DNA from: Phoronis australis
Taxonomy: Eukaryota > Animalia > Phoronida
NCBI GenBank assembly: GCA_002633005.1
Contig: NMRA01000004.1
Coordinates: forward strand, 1,059,793-1,123,792
Length of the DNA: 64,000 nucleotides
Reading direction: 5' to 3'
Notes under the pieces: generated by a model
The model's input: only the letters and a program-made list of their open reading frames with translations
The model's database searches: none
Told to the model about the DNA's origin: nothing
Program-made: the position numbers and the translations under genes
Part shown: one piece after another, positions 52,923 to 64,000 of the stretch
Position numbering within the stretch: the first letter of the stretch is position 1
How the letters are laid out: each line of letters starts with the position of its first letter

Positions 52923-53513
52923 NNNNNNNNNNNNNNNNNNNNNNNNNNNNNNNNNNNNNNNNNNNNNNNNNNNNNNNNNNNNNNNNNNNNNNNNNNNNNN
53001 NNNNNNNNNNNNNNNNNNNNNNNNNNNNNNNNNNNNNNNNNNNNNNNNNNNNNNNNNNNNNNNNNNNNNNNNNNNNNNNNNNNNNNNNNNNNNNNNNNNN
53101 NNNNNNNNNNNNNNNNNNNNNNNNNNNNNNNNNNNNNNNNNNNNNNNNNNNNNNNNNNNNNNNNNNNNNNNNNNNNNNNNNNNNNNNNNNNNNNNNNNNN
53201 NNNNNNNNNNNNNNNNNNNNNNNNNNNNNNNNNNNNNNNNNNNNNNNNNNNNNNNNNNNNNNNNNNNNNNNNNNNNNNNNNNNNNNNNNNNNNNNNNNNN
53301 NNNNNNNNNNNNNNNNNNNNNNNNNNNNNNNNNNNNNNNNNNNNNNNNNNNNNNNNNNNNNNNNNNNNNNNNNNNNNNNNNNNNNNNNNNNNNNNNNNNN
53401 NNNNNNNNNNNNNNNNNNNNNNNNNNNNNNNNNNNNNNNNNNNNNNNNNNNNNNNNNNNNNNNNNNNNNNNNNNNNNNNNNNNNNNNNNNNNNNNNNNNN
53501 NNNNNNNNNNNNN
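52923..53513. other. Assembly gap (591 N)
   Basis: Run of N. Confidence 1.
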
Positions 53514-54258
53514 CAATGCACAGTTGAACAACTCGGCTTAAGTAAAAGAAAACGTTTGAATCAACGAATACTATATATTTGTGAGAGTTAAATCAAGTCC
53601 TATTCAGATCATAACTTTGAAGTGGAATAATTGGGTGAGTAAGACAACAAGCCGGTTTTATGCTTAGGCGGACGACTATAGGGTTTCGGAGTGTACCCGC
53701 TGTCTAAGGCATGGACCATGAGGTATTCCTTGGGGAACTACGGCATCGGATTGGTTAGTGCACGTCACAGCAAGTCCTTCAAATAATTCATTTCATGGCC
53801 AGTATAACACCTATTCTTTTTAAAGCACGTTGCCGTGCCAGTATTAGGTCAGGTTTGGATTACTCCGACCAATGCAGTTTTGCCACGCCTATCACAGTTA
53901 CGCTGAGAAGTCAAACAAGCTAGAGCAAAACGAATATGGTGAAAATCCATAGCAAATGTAGCAATTACAGCACCATGCGCAGTACGGTGTATTTGATCAT
54001 ATTTCACCGAAACTGCAGAGCCGCATTTTCAAAAGGGGCCCTGAGAAACTCAAGGACTGTTGCACTCAGTGCAATATCCACGTTACGACACCTTTGAGGC
54101 CATTTATAACTGAATTACAACCCCTCACGGATATATTCGAGGGTTGTAGAGCATTATTTTGTGTCGAGGAATTGGATGGGAAAGTCATTTTGAATATCTG
54201 TTAATAGGACAAAACCCGATTTGAAGGACATTTTGCTATTTTTAGAAATTTATCATAA

Positions 54259-54783
54259 CGGCGTTCTTCAGTTCAGTGACTTTACCAGACGCTGTTGTGA
54301 GCGTGTGATAACAGTTAGCTCCTATGTTAACTGCCTGCACAGTCTTTTGTCTGTTATGACAACAGGCAGGAAAATTATCTACCAGGCTTATTACAGATCA
54401 CGTGTGAACACAGTCAAACCCAGAGCGAATTGGTACATTCGGAAAGAATAGATTGTCTAGCTTCGGTTGTAGTTGAGCGATTTTGGCGATTCAAAAACTA
54501 AACATGATCAGCATTTGGCGAGGAATTCAGAAATGCTATTGGTTTATGTTCAAATATGTTATAACTTAACTTTTATTTTTAGCATCACAGCCCAGTCAGG
54601 CTATAGATATGATTTTACTAAAGATTAGAGCAATTATCGAACAAAAGAGCGCTGGCCCCTCCAATCATAAATGCCAGAAGGGAGTTAATCAGTCCTGTAA
54701 GATATTGGCTAAAGGCGGTGTTCTTCCCAACATGCTGTTGGGCTATAGAATCGAACAAGTTGGGAGCAACGGGGAAAACGCCG
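54259..54783 (+). mobile_element. Family D element, copy 3
   Basis: CGGCGTTCTTCAGTT...AACGGGGAAAACGCCG TIR-like ends; homologous to copies 1 and 2. Confidence 0.8.
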
Positions 54784-56481
54784 AAATTTTGACAGCATTC
54801 TGTTATAAATCAAAACGCCGTAATACAAGCTTGCCACGCGGAGTGATTGATTTTCAAGTTGCACTTACATCTTATGCAAATAAATGCAGAACTGTTGTTA
54901 TACCCACAATCCCATAAAGTAAGCCTAGTTGTTTTGTCCAATGAAAGGTCGACAAGGCATCACATTGATCTGGCATTACATCAAAATCAACCGACATGTA
55001 CGCTGTGTTTGCCCGCAGAATACAAGCAAAAACATGGACATTTCACCTCAGAGTTGTTCGCAGGCTATTTCCTGACAATTTTTTTTTGCATCAGGGAAGC
55101 CTCCTCGGGGTTCTGTGAAGAAATGGGACGAAATCAACAGCTTTCCCCCAAAATACTTATTAGAAGAAATGAAAGTTAATGATCAGGACACCTGTGGGTA
55201 AAAATGGGCCAAACCTTTTGTAAGTTAACTAGGCAGCATGAATGCTAAACCTGGTAAAAATACGTTTTAAACAGAGTCGTGGCGATGCTACCTCTTGGGG
55301 ATGCTAACGATAAGAGTTACTCACTTTGAATACTATTACAAGAATTTATAAAAAATTCTCACATTCACTATTACTGAAACATGCTAAACTATAGGCAGCT
55401 CTAACTTAAAATAGGTCACACTTGAAATGGGTCACAGTTTTTATCATGGGTCACACACGTTATCATTAAAGATAACTCAAGATGAGTTCGTATTACTCAG
55501 TCATCACCAGTTTGTATCAGTACAGTGGAAATTCTCCAGTTTGGCAGGTCTCTAAATAAGGGACACTGAAATTCAATCCAAAATTGAACTTTCTAGATCC
55601 TGAAGATTGGGGCATGGGTAATTTTGATGTTCATCATGTTTCTCAAATATCCGACACAAATGCTAGTAAACAAACTAAAATTCGTCTTTCTCATAACTCA
55701 GAGTTTGGGATGGCCAATTTTGCCTATTACAAAAATTTCAGTGGTACAATATTGAACTTTGAGCAAAATAATCAATTTTCACAGTTGCAAACGGTAAAAT
55801 ATTTACCATACTTGTAACAAATTCAAATGCTCAAATGACAGATAGCAAACCCCCGACATGTGTTTGTAATATAGTGCTCAGCAACAGCATTATATGGCAG
55901 GTATGACCACAACAAAAGCAATTTTTTGAGGATTTATTTTCACATTCACACATACCAGACTGGTATCACAGGTGAGTTAAATGAGTTGTATGCATGAGAA
56001 TTCAAACTTGTTTAGCCAACACACCATATTTGTGAAATTGGAAATCAGCCAAGTCTTGTAATAATAATAATAGTTAAACATTTAGTCACATTTTAGTCAA
56101 AACTCATCGGTTCAAAAACAGTTCATAATCTGTCCTAATTTTGTCATACCCATACATATGTAACTGCCTGTAACTTATTCAACATTGAAAGACATTCTAG
56201 TCACAACTAATTATTTAGTTACAGATTAGTCACATTTTGGTCATGACTAAAGTTGAAGTCATAACTTAGAGATAGCATTGTATTGCAGCGTCTACAATTA
56301 CAAAATTTGGGCCAAGCAAATGTCACATTAATGGACAATAATTTACGAAACTTGTCTAAAAATTATGCAAATTTTGGACTTAAATCTGCAACTATTTGGA
56401 CTTGAATTATGGAGAAGCAGACAACAAAAAACAGGATGAGGTCATAAAAATGGTCACTGATGGCCTTAAAGTCTTCATCAG

Positions 56482-59400
56482 TCATGATAACGGATCCATA
56501 TTGATGTCTGTCACTTTATCACCAACTGTTAGTCTGCGACTACTGGCCAACTCCGCTAAGTTAAACAAAGCACCAAAGGGAATCTGCAAAGAACAATAGA
56601 CTTATTAATTAAGCACCAGATGAGTGCTGTTTTGTAATCTGAACCTTACAATGCAATGGTTACTTCAGCTACAAGACAAATCAAGCTAGGATCATATTAC
56701 AAAGTGACTTGTCAACGAATCTAGCCAAGCTTTGTCAAATTCAGCTGGGAGTTTTGATAACTGTTTCTTCGCAAATTCTAGCTCCATCAGCCCTCACAAT
56801 TAAAAGGTATTTTTGAGAAACAGATTCCTAGAGCAGATGCGATGAAGGTTTTCAGTCATATGTGGGAAATATAGATTAAATGGACTGAGTTTATAACTTA
56901 CTAGACCACTGGTAAATAAGTAAACAAAGAAAATATAACTTTTGGCGAAATATGACAAATAGATGTCCACACATTACCCTCTTGCCCCTGGTCTGTGATA
57001 GGGTTCGTAGAGGTTCACAGGACTTTTCACCAGTGACTGGGTCAATACATATCATTTGACACCTTGAGCAAGCACCATGACTCTGGAAAGTACACGCATC
57101 AATTTGGACAAAGGTGTAAGAAACAACACATGGAGCAGACCTCTGTCCGCTTCAGCCTTGCAGTTCTCACAGTACCACTTGTATATGATGTCTAACCATT
57201 AGCTACGATAAAATCTCAACTTCACAACAAATCTACTTTTGTGTTTAAAGTTATGTAGAAAGGACCCAAGAAAAATGTGTCGTTTTTGAGATTGTATCTT
57301 GAAATTTATACCATACAAAATTTGGTCAATAGTGACCTTAATCACATGAGCTTATTAATAGCAGATGGGTATAAAGTCAACAATCAAATCCTACGGAATT
57401 TTTGCTTTCAGAAAACATATACTTTGCAGAGTTAAAATCTATAGTTTTGTAGATATTTGGCTAAGTCCTACTTTTACCTTCAGCTACTCAGGTGTCAACT
57501 GTCAATCATTCAGAGTTGGACTACATCATTATCACATCACCACTGCTTCATCAAAACTTGCTCATTACAACTATCGAGTGACTTACAAGTAGAGACGTTC
57601 CACCAATATTTACTGATGACCATCCATCCTCTTCGTATGATTCTGTGGTTTCCACAACCAGATTGCTTCGGAAACGATCAATCAAATTTTGGATACCTAG
57701 AAGAAAATTTAAAGAAAATGGATAACAAGCGCTATGGCAATAATTGATGTCATATTTACAGTTAATATTCATGCATCAAGACACAAGTGTTCATTTGCAA
57801 AATACATAAAATCACAACAGTTGTAATCTTTCCAATTTGAGTTACCAAAATGTATTGTAAATTCAACAGCCATGACGACCTGTGTACAACGCTAATAGCA
57901 AATTCTCACCAATTTCGGACAAAAATAATTGTCATTTTCCTGAAAATTATCTGAAAGTTGGCAGGAAATGCTTTTTCCCCTCTGCAGATTATCTGTAGCC
58001 AAATTTCACACACCACCTTCAAGAGGTTTGCCAGAGGGAGCGATAGATGCAAAAAACGAACACCAGAAAACTAAAACTACCACTAAGAGCCATAAACCAT
58101 CCAAATTCTTCCCAAAATCAGGGAATTGCTTACTAACAACATATCTGCCAAAATCTCACAAGTATCCACAACTTTAAAGAGATACAGAAGTAGGCACAAA
58201 AAATAAACATGCCACTACAAGAACACAAGTAGTCTCAGATGACAGTGGGTCAGTGGTTGAGTTTCACACTCTCATCTGAGAGACCCAGGTTTAAATCGTG
58301 GCATTACAAGCAGGCACCCGAGCAGTGCATGGATGTGTCTCTTACTGCTCTGAGTTCTGTCTTTTACAAATGAATGAAAGGGGGTGAACGTGAACCTCGA
58401 TGTAAGGTTTGAGAGTAGACCAATCTGCTGTAAAATTGACAGTGTTCTTACTGTCCTTGACTGAAAGATATTAAACAACATGAAGATTGTTGTTTGTAGA
58501 TAGAACGGCAATAGTCACTTACAGTTGTAATCTTTCCAATTTGAGTTACCAAAATGTATTGTAAATACAACAGCCATGACGACCTGTGTACAACGCTAAT
58601 AGCAAATTCTCACCAATTTCGGACAAATTGTCATTTTCCTGAAAATTATCTGAAAGTTGGCAGGAAATGCTTTTTCCCCTCTGCAGATTATCTGTAGCCA
58701 AATTTCACACACCACCTTCAAGAGGTTTGCCAGAGGGAGCGATAGATGCAAAAAACGAACACCAGAAAACTAAAACTACCACTAAGAGCCATAAACCATC
58801 CAAATTCTTCCCAAAATCAGGGAATTGCTTGCTAACAACATATCTGCCTAAATCTCACAAGTATCCACAACTTTAAAGAGATACAGAAGTAGGCACAAAA
58901 AATAAACATGCCACTACAAGAACACAAGTAGTCTCAGATGACAGTGGGTCAGTGGTTGAGTTTCACACTCTCATCTGAGAGACCCAGGTTTAAATCGTGG
59001 CATTACAAGCAGGCACCCGAGCAGTGCAAGGATGTGTCTCTTACTGCTCTGAGTTCTGTCTTTTACAGATGAATGAAAGGGGGTGAACGTGAACCTCGAT
59101 GTAAGGTTTGAGAGTAGACCAATCTGCTGTAAAATTGACAGTGTTCTTGACTGAAAGATATTAAACAACATGAAGATTGTTGTTTGTAGATAGAACAGCA
59201 ATAGTCACTTACAGGGGTTTCAGACTTTGAGAACCAGTTTGATGCCAGTTATTCAGCGCAGTAAAAACTGGTTCTCAAAATGCGGAGCTCCTGTAAGTGA
59301 CTACTAAGGATAGAAAACAACAGGTGGGACAGATACACAGAAATGACAGCAATATGCACCAATTCAAGTAAATGTGGATACATAATATAAACAAAGTCAC

Positions 59401-62400
59401 CTTCAAGGTGATAACTGTTCCCTAAGCTTATTTAATAAATAATTTTTAACAATTTGGGAAGCTACTGGGAAAGATTTTACAGTTCAATCTTATGTGAAAA
59501 AGTTTGTAAAGGTTGCCTCAAAACATCAGTGTAGCGAAACACTCTGAGAATGCACTTTCAGAGGAGCAACAGCCTAATTGTATAACAATTCACTCACCGA
59601 TTGCCGAACCATGCCTGTTCTTTATTTGTTGATCCAACAGCTGTACACTGGCCGTGCAGATGAGCAGGAACTGACCTTGATTGGCAAGAGATAACTTGGA
59701 ACTGCCATCTGTAGTGACAAGAGGGAAATAATGAGCAAGGAAAGATTTGAATTTAGCACTGGTCTCCATTCTCACAATTTGTACAGCTCCCAAATTATAC
59801 TTGTGGACAGTACATACACGGTGTCCCAAAAATGTATTCACACACAAAATATCTGAGTCATATATTGACAAGATTGCTAGTTTAAATTCATAAGGAGTCG
59901 ATTTGAAACAGCACTAAATCTGACTACTTAACATTTCTTTGGCATAGGCAATGAAAATTTACCTCGTGAACGTTTTTGGTATTAAGTCTTTAAACCATAA
60001 TAAATGCATTTTTTAATAACTTGCGGGAATTAACAGGAAAGTTAGTGAGGCAGCTACGCTACTGACCAATAAAATTCTCCTCAAAAATAAAGGCTAAGAA
60101 AATTTTATTCTGCTTCTAACATAGTTTGTTCCATGTAGATGTCATAATACAAACTTTTGATCAATTTCCGCTATTTTGCAGTAAAGTAACAAGCCTTTGA
60201 AAAGTGGAAAACTGACAATTTCGGCAATTATTTTTGTGGCAGAATTACCTTACCAATATTTTTGTTTTTAACAGAATTAGTTGTCATGACTGGAAATGGT
60301 ACTTTGTTTGATTCCATTTATCTTGTACAGTTAGCAGTGACAAGATATTACCATTTTCACTTAATAAGCCTCACGCACACCGCATGTTTGGCAGTTGCTT
60401 CATGCATAAGAAAATTGCGGCAACACCATTTTTCAACAAAGCACGCCATTGAGTCTTTTTAATTGTCAGCAACTAGCAACTATTTTGTCTAATAAACATC
60501 AACAAAGACAGTGGTTTTGACTAGCCTGCTCCAATGGGGAAGTATGATTCGTCTGCATCAACGGGGAACTACTCACTCAGTTTAGAAGACTGTCTATCGG
60601 AATGTTGTCGTATAAGTTTACACCCAACATATCCTAGTACTGCATCTAGCCACTGTGAGGCGCCAGCACCACAATCTGTACATTGAACCCTGTGAGGGCA
60701 AAGTTTGGTTATGAGGAATCCAACAACATCACACCTGAGCCCAACTTTCTTCTGATATGTCCTCAAACTAAAACTCCGTTCTATGCCCAATGGCAACTGT
60801 GCAGCCACATTAAGAGTGGGAAGATGAGAGTTTTTCTGTTGCTAAAGTTTTTGTTGTGGAACACGGCTATACATGGGAGCACTAATCTGCGACAGTCAAA
60901 ACCACTATAACCGTGTTTTGGTGTTAAAAACTTCAACTGTCTTCACCAGCTATTTGAGCATACAACGCAACGTCATCAAAATTGCCTCAACATCCACAAT
61001 GCCTTTAGCGACTGACTGAAACTAACCTGTAAAGCATTTCAACAAGTCTGGTTGGAAGCAGCAATTACTAATTCTTCTCAATCCTAGTTTCAATTCTAAT
61101 CTGAGTAAGCAACAAGATGACTGATTTCATGGGGCACAGAAGGTGCAGGTTTATTGGCCTTTCAATCATTAGTTGTAGTAGAAATCATGCAAAATAAAAT
61201 TTGAGTTGCCATTTTGTGTTTTCGCTAATTCATGCGATAATTACAAGCAGCCCAACTTTTCAGATACCTCTTTCCACAGACTTTAGTTTGGCACGTGTGT
61301 AAATCCAACTCGTCCTGACTTTCGTTTATGTCAACTTCTAAAGGAGTAGAACCTGAAAATGAACAACAGAGGGTGTTTTATTTGTAAGTCTGGTTGCTGC
61401 TAAGACGTTCACAACTTCAATTTTTAATTGCACAGTTCATTCACATGGTTCTTGAGGGTAGTCATTACATCCGAATATTACAAAAAATTATCAACTTTAC
61501 TTCAGTCAAACGTTTTCTATCTTTTAAAAAGACAGTGTCTCATTTGCAATGACCTGTCTATGACAGTCACATTGGGGGCTAGACTTGAGAAGACATTTGA
61601 TAAAATGAGCTTCTGACACATTTGGGACATTTCCTTCCCAATCACAACTTCAACTTAAAAACAATGAAATAGTTTGAATAACAAACTGGTCTCAAAAATG
61701 TTCTTGTCATGACAGCAAGGGGTCTATACCATCAAAGGGGAGAGGTCTCCTATGAAAGGAGGAAGCCCAGTTTTGGGGGGGTTGGGGAACCTTGTCAAAA
61801 CTGATGGCTTTTAGATATTGGTGTTTCTTAGCCAATGCACTGAATGATCTGTTTAGGGACAGAAATCAGTATCCACCAGGGGGTGCATGCAAAGTCATTT
61901 GCATTCATTGCTTAATTATATAGTAATTCTCCACTTACGTTATTGCCAAAACCTTTATTATTACATTTCTCAATGGCTTGTCACCAAATTGACAAATACG
62001 GTCAACTTCTGAATCAATAAATATTGCTTTATGACAACTACACATTGCAAACCATTTAACAATTAATGAAAATGGAATTTCATTTGTTGACCCTATTGTG
62101 TGCTAGATATGTGAAGAACTACCATGCTAGTTTACATGTAATAAAACAGAACATCTCACCATGGTCATCAAAGGGATGGAGACACTGCACAAAATCGAGT
62201 TCAAAATTAAAAATAAATACTTCTTCTGACTGGCAGAGTTCAGTTGATGTGGTAGTTGCACTGAGGTGGAACCCATATTGCGACAAAATGACGTTTTATT
62301 TTTAAGTATAAAGAAACAGACGATGCAAGATATACCTTCATAACTGAGCACCAAAACATTCCTCACAATATCTACAACTGGCTTGATGAGCCCCAATTTA

Positions 62401-63985
62401 GGCTCTCTTTTCTGCGAGAGCGTGACACCATTCTGGTCGATGATTGCCCACTCTCTGTCGTAGTGGAAACCTTTCTCACCAACCTCCCAGCTGGTTACCT
62501 AAACAGATAGGAGAATTGGAGCAAACATAAATATAATTAACGGCAGTTAAAGGTACAAAATACCAGCGCTCTGTGATTTATGAAGTATATGAAAAAGATT
62601 TCTTAATCCTATAGCTAGTCAGATGACTCGTACTCGATCAAAGTTAGAAGCAATTTCTTGTCTCAAAGGCACCCTGTCCCTTATTTTCATCAGTCAAAAA
62701 CACGAAAATTAGGAACACTAAAATAGGAACATGTTGTAAACAACAGTTCTGCATATATTAGCATATTTATTGTCGTGTGGAAGCACGTTTAAACCAGACT
62801 GGTTTGAAATCAAAATCCTTTTACCATCATGTTTGAACTGAACAGAAGCGAAAAGAGAATCCTTGAGATATGACAAAATGCTACTCCTTCTGCAAAGATT
62901 ATCTTATATTTATGCACAAGCACTAATGGTAGGATTTATGCTGATTCTGTGACTGGAAATTACACGAAAAGCTTAGGTTTGTTTGTACCATTAGCCATAT
63001 TGCTTTTGGATATAAAATTGCATGCCTGTCAAACCCAACTTATTGAGCCCAGCCTCAAGTATAAACAAACTGTCACACTAAGCTCACATATTGATCATAG
63101 CCAAAAAGGAGAATAAGTCAAGATGACTTTCATAACTGTAAAACAATCAACTAAAATTTCACCTATTTTGGACAAAAACAATAAATGCCTTTTTTGATTA
63201 TCATTACATTGTCGTGAGCTCTATAATTTTTCAAAACTCTGTCTGATAGACTAATAGTATCTATGGTGCAAATCTTGAATATGAAAATGCATTTAATATG
63301 GTGTGGCATATGTTATATGAAAAAAATGACAAAATAAAATTTCACTTGTAGGTAATGTTATGTATTACATTGAAGAAATTTTAATAGCAATCAAGCTGTA
63401 TTCAAAAGAAGGCAAATGCATATAATTATCAACTTTAAGAGAAATATGCTTTTCCATACTGAAAACATTTTCATCAATTTAATGACCATTAGTTGCACTT
63501 CTTAATGACCATTAGTTGCACTTCTTAATGACCATTAGTTGCACTTCTTTATGACCAAACATCCTCAAGTGTGGCAAAACATCCATCACATTAACAGAAC
63601 AGTGTGTGAATTTTGAAAGTCAAAATTTCTGGCTATTTCAAATTATCATTTATTGTTAATTCTGTTATTCCAGATCAGATTTACTGAGATACAGACAGCT
63701 ATGACAAAATTGAAAATTAAAGAGTTTCACCTCAAACGCTGCACAGGACTTGACAGGATAGAGGTAGACATTTCTTAAAGTGTACAGCTCCATGTCCACC
63801 AGTGTTCCATTCTCTGTAGCAGTTTCAGTCAGCTTCGAATCATGACACTCGACAAAACAGTCCGCTACAAACTTGACAAACGCCTCAACATCTTGCCTTG
63901 TGTTCATATAACCCAAGGACACTCGCACGCTACCTGTGGGCAGATTGTTGACCAAGTCCATATTGTCACCGCAAGAATGTCCAGC
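56482..63985 (-). CDS. MOCOS: Molybdenum cofactor sulfurase, 3' part (end of the aminotransferase-V domain plus MOSC_N and MOSC); gene continues beyond the window
   Basis: Exons 63731-63985, 62336-62498, 61268-61352, 60577-60689, 59598-59708, 57587-57696, 56978-57082, 56482-56583. Motifs: AGHSCGDNMDLVNNLPTGSVRVSLGYM, LYPVKSCAAFEV, YDREWAI, SQKREPKL, SLANQGQFLLI, RFRSNLVV, CSRCQMICIDP, EPLRTL. Confidence 0.95.
57817..59214. repeat. ~700-bp tandem duplication in a MOCOS intron, containing a SINE-like segment (~58243-58420 and ~58942-59120)
   Basis: 57817-58520 and 58521-59214 are near-identical with small indels and no N at the junction. A-box-like GTGGGTCAGTGG and B-box-like GGTTTAAATC occur in each copy. 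Confidence 0.9.
59202..59303. mobile_element. Foldback MITE with TAGTCACTTACAGG termini (TAG ends, possibly Academ-like)
   Basis: 14-bp perfect TIR plus inner inverted arms TTTGAGAACCAGTTTT / AAAACTGGTTCTCAAA. Confidence 0.7.
63481..63557. repeat. 23-bp minisatellite, about 3.3 units
   Basis: AATGACCATTAGTTGCACTTCTT repeated. Confidence 0.9.
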
Positions 63986-64000
63986 CTATCAAGTAGAACA

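Noticed and set aside
52816-53541. Four 200-240 aa ORFs
   Set aside because: Artefacts of the N gap.
61255-61267. U12-type intron in MOCOS (donor starts GTATCT)
   Set aside because: Does not match the GTATCCTT consensus; treated as an ordinary U2 intron.

Overview
Animal (marine-invertebrate-like) genomic DNA, roughly 39% GC by eye, with spliced genes. The ORF track is mostly noise, so I rebuilt genes from GT-AG exons whose phases agree. Five apparently intact genes and one partial gene are supported: (1) minus strand ~1749-11487, a 13-exon secreted serine beta-lactamase/PBP-fold hydrolase (signal peptide, SVSK, YSN, HNG) with about four ~50-aa C-terminal repeats resembling the bacterial/fungal polyglycine-hydrolase repeat (BTRD1); (2) syntaxin-17, plus strand 19710-24001; (3) a divergent ependymin-related protein, plus strand ~28990-35035, first exon unresolved; (4) an IPNS/DIOX-type 2-oxoglutarate/Fe(II) dioxygenase, plus strand 38032-47109, with a decayed paralog remnant at ~51400-51953; (5) a compact F-BAR/FCH-like gene, minus strand 48115-51147, ending in seven acidic 26-aa CxxxC repeats; (6) the 3' part of molybdenum cofactor sulfurase (MOCOS), minus strand 56482 to the window edge. 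Introns and spacers carry many MITEs: several CA...TG families with 5-bp TSDs, one with an 8-bp TSD, and TA-TSD and TTAA types. There are also SINE-like heads, minisatellites, three near-identical tandem duplications (two N-joined, possibly haplotype artefacts) and a 591-N gap. The best novelty candidates are the secreted beta-lactamase-BTRD1 fusion and the F-BAR plus Cys-repeat orphan. All family assignments come from motif recognition by eye, with no database search.
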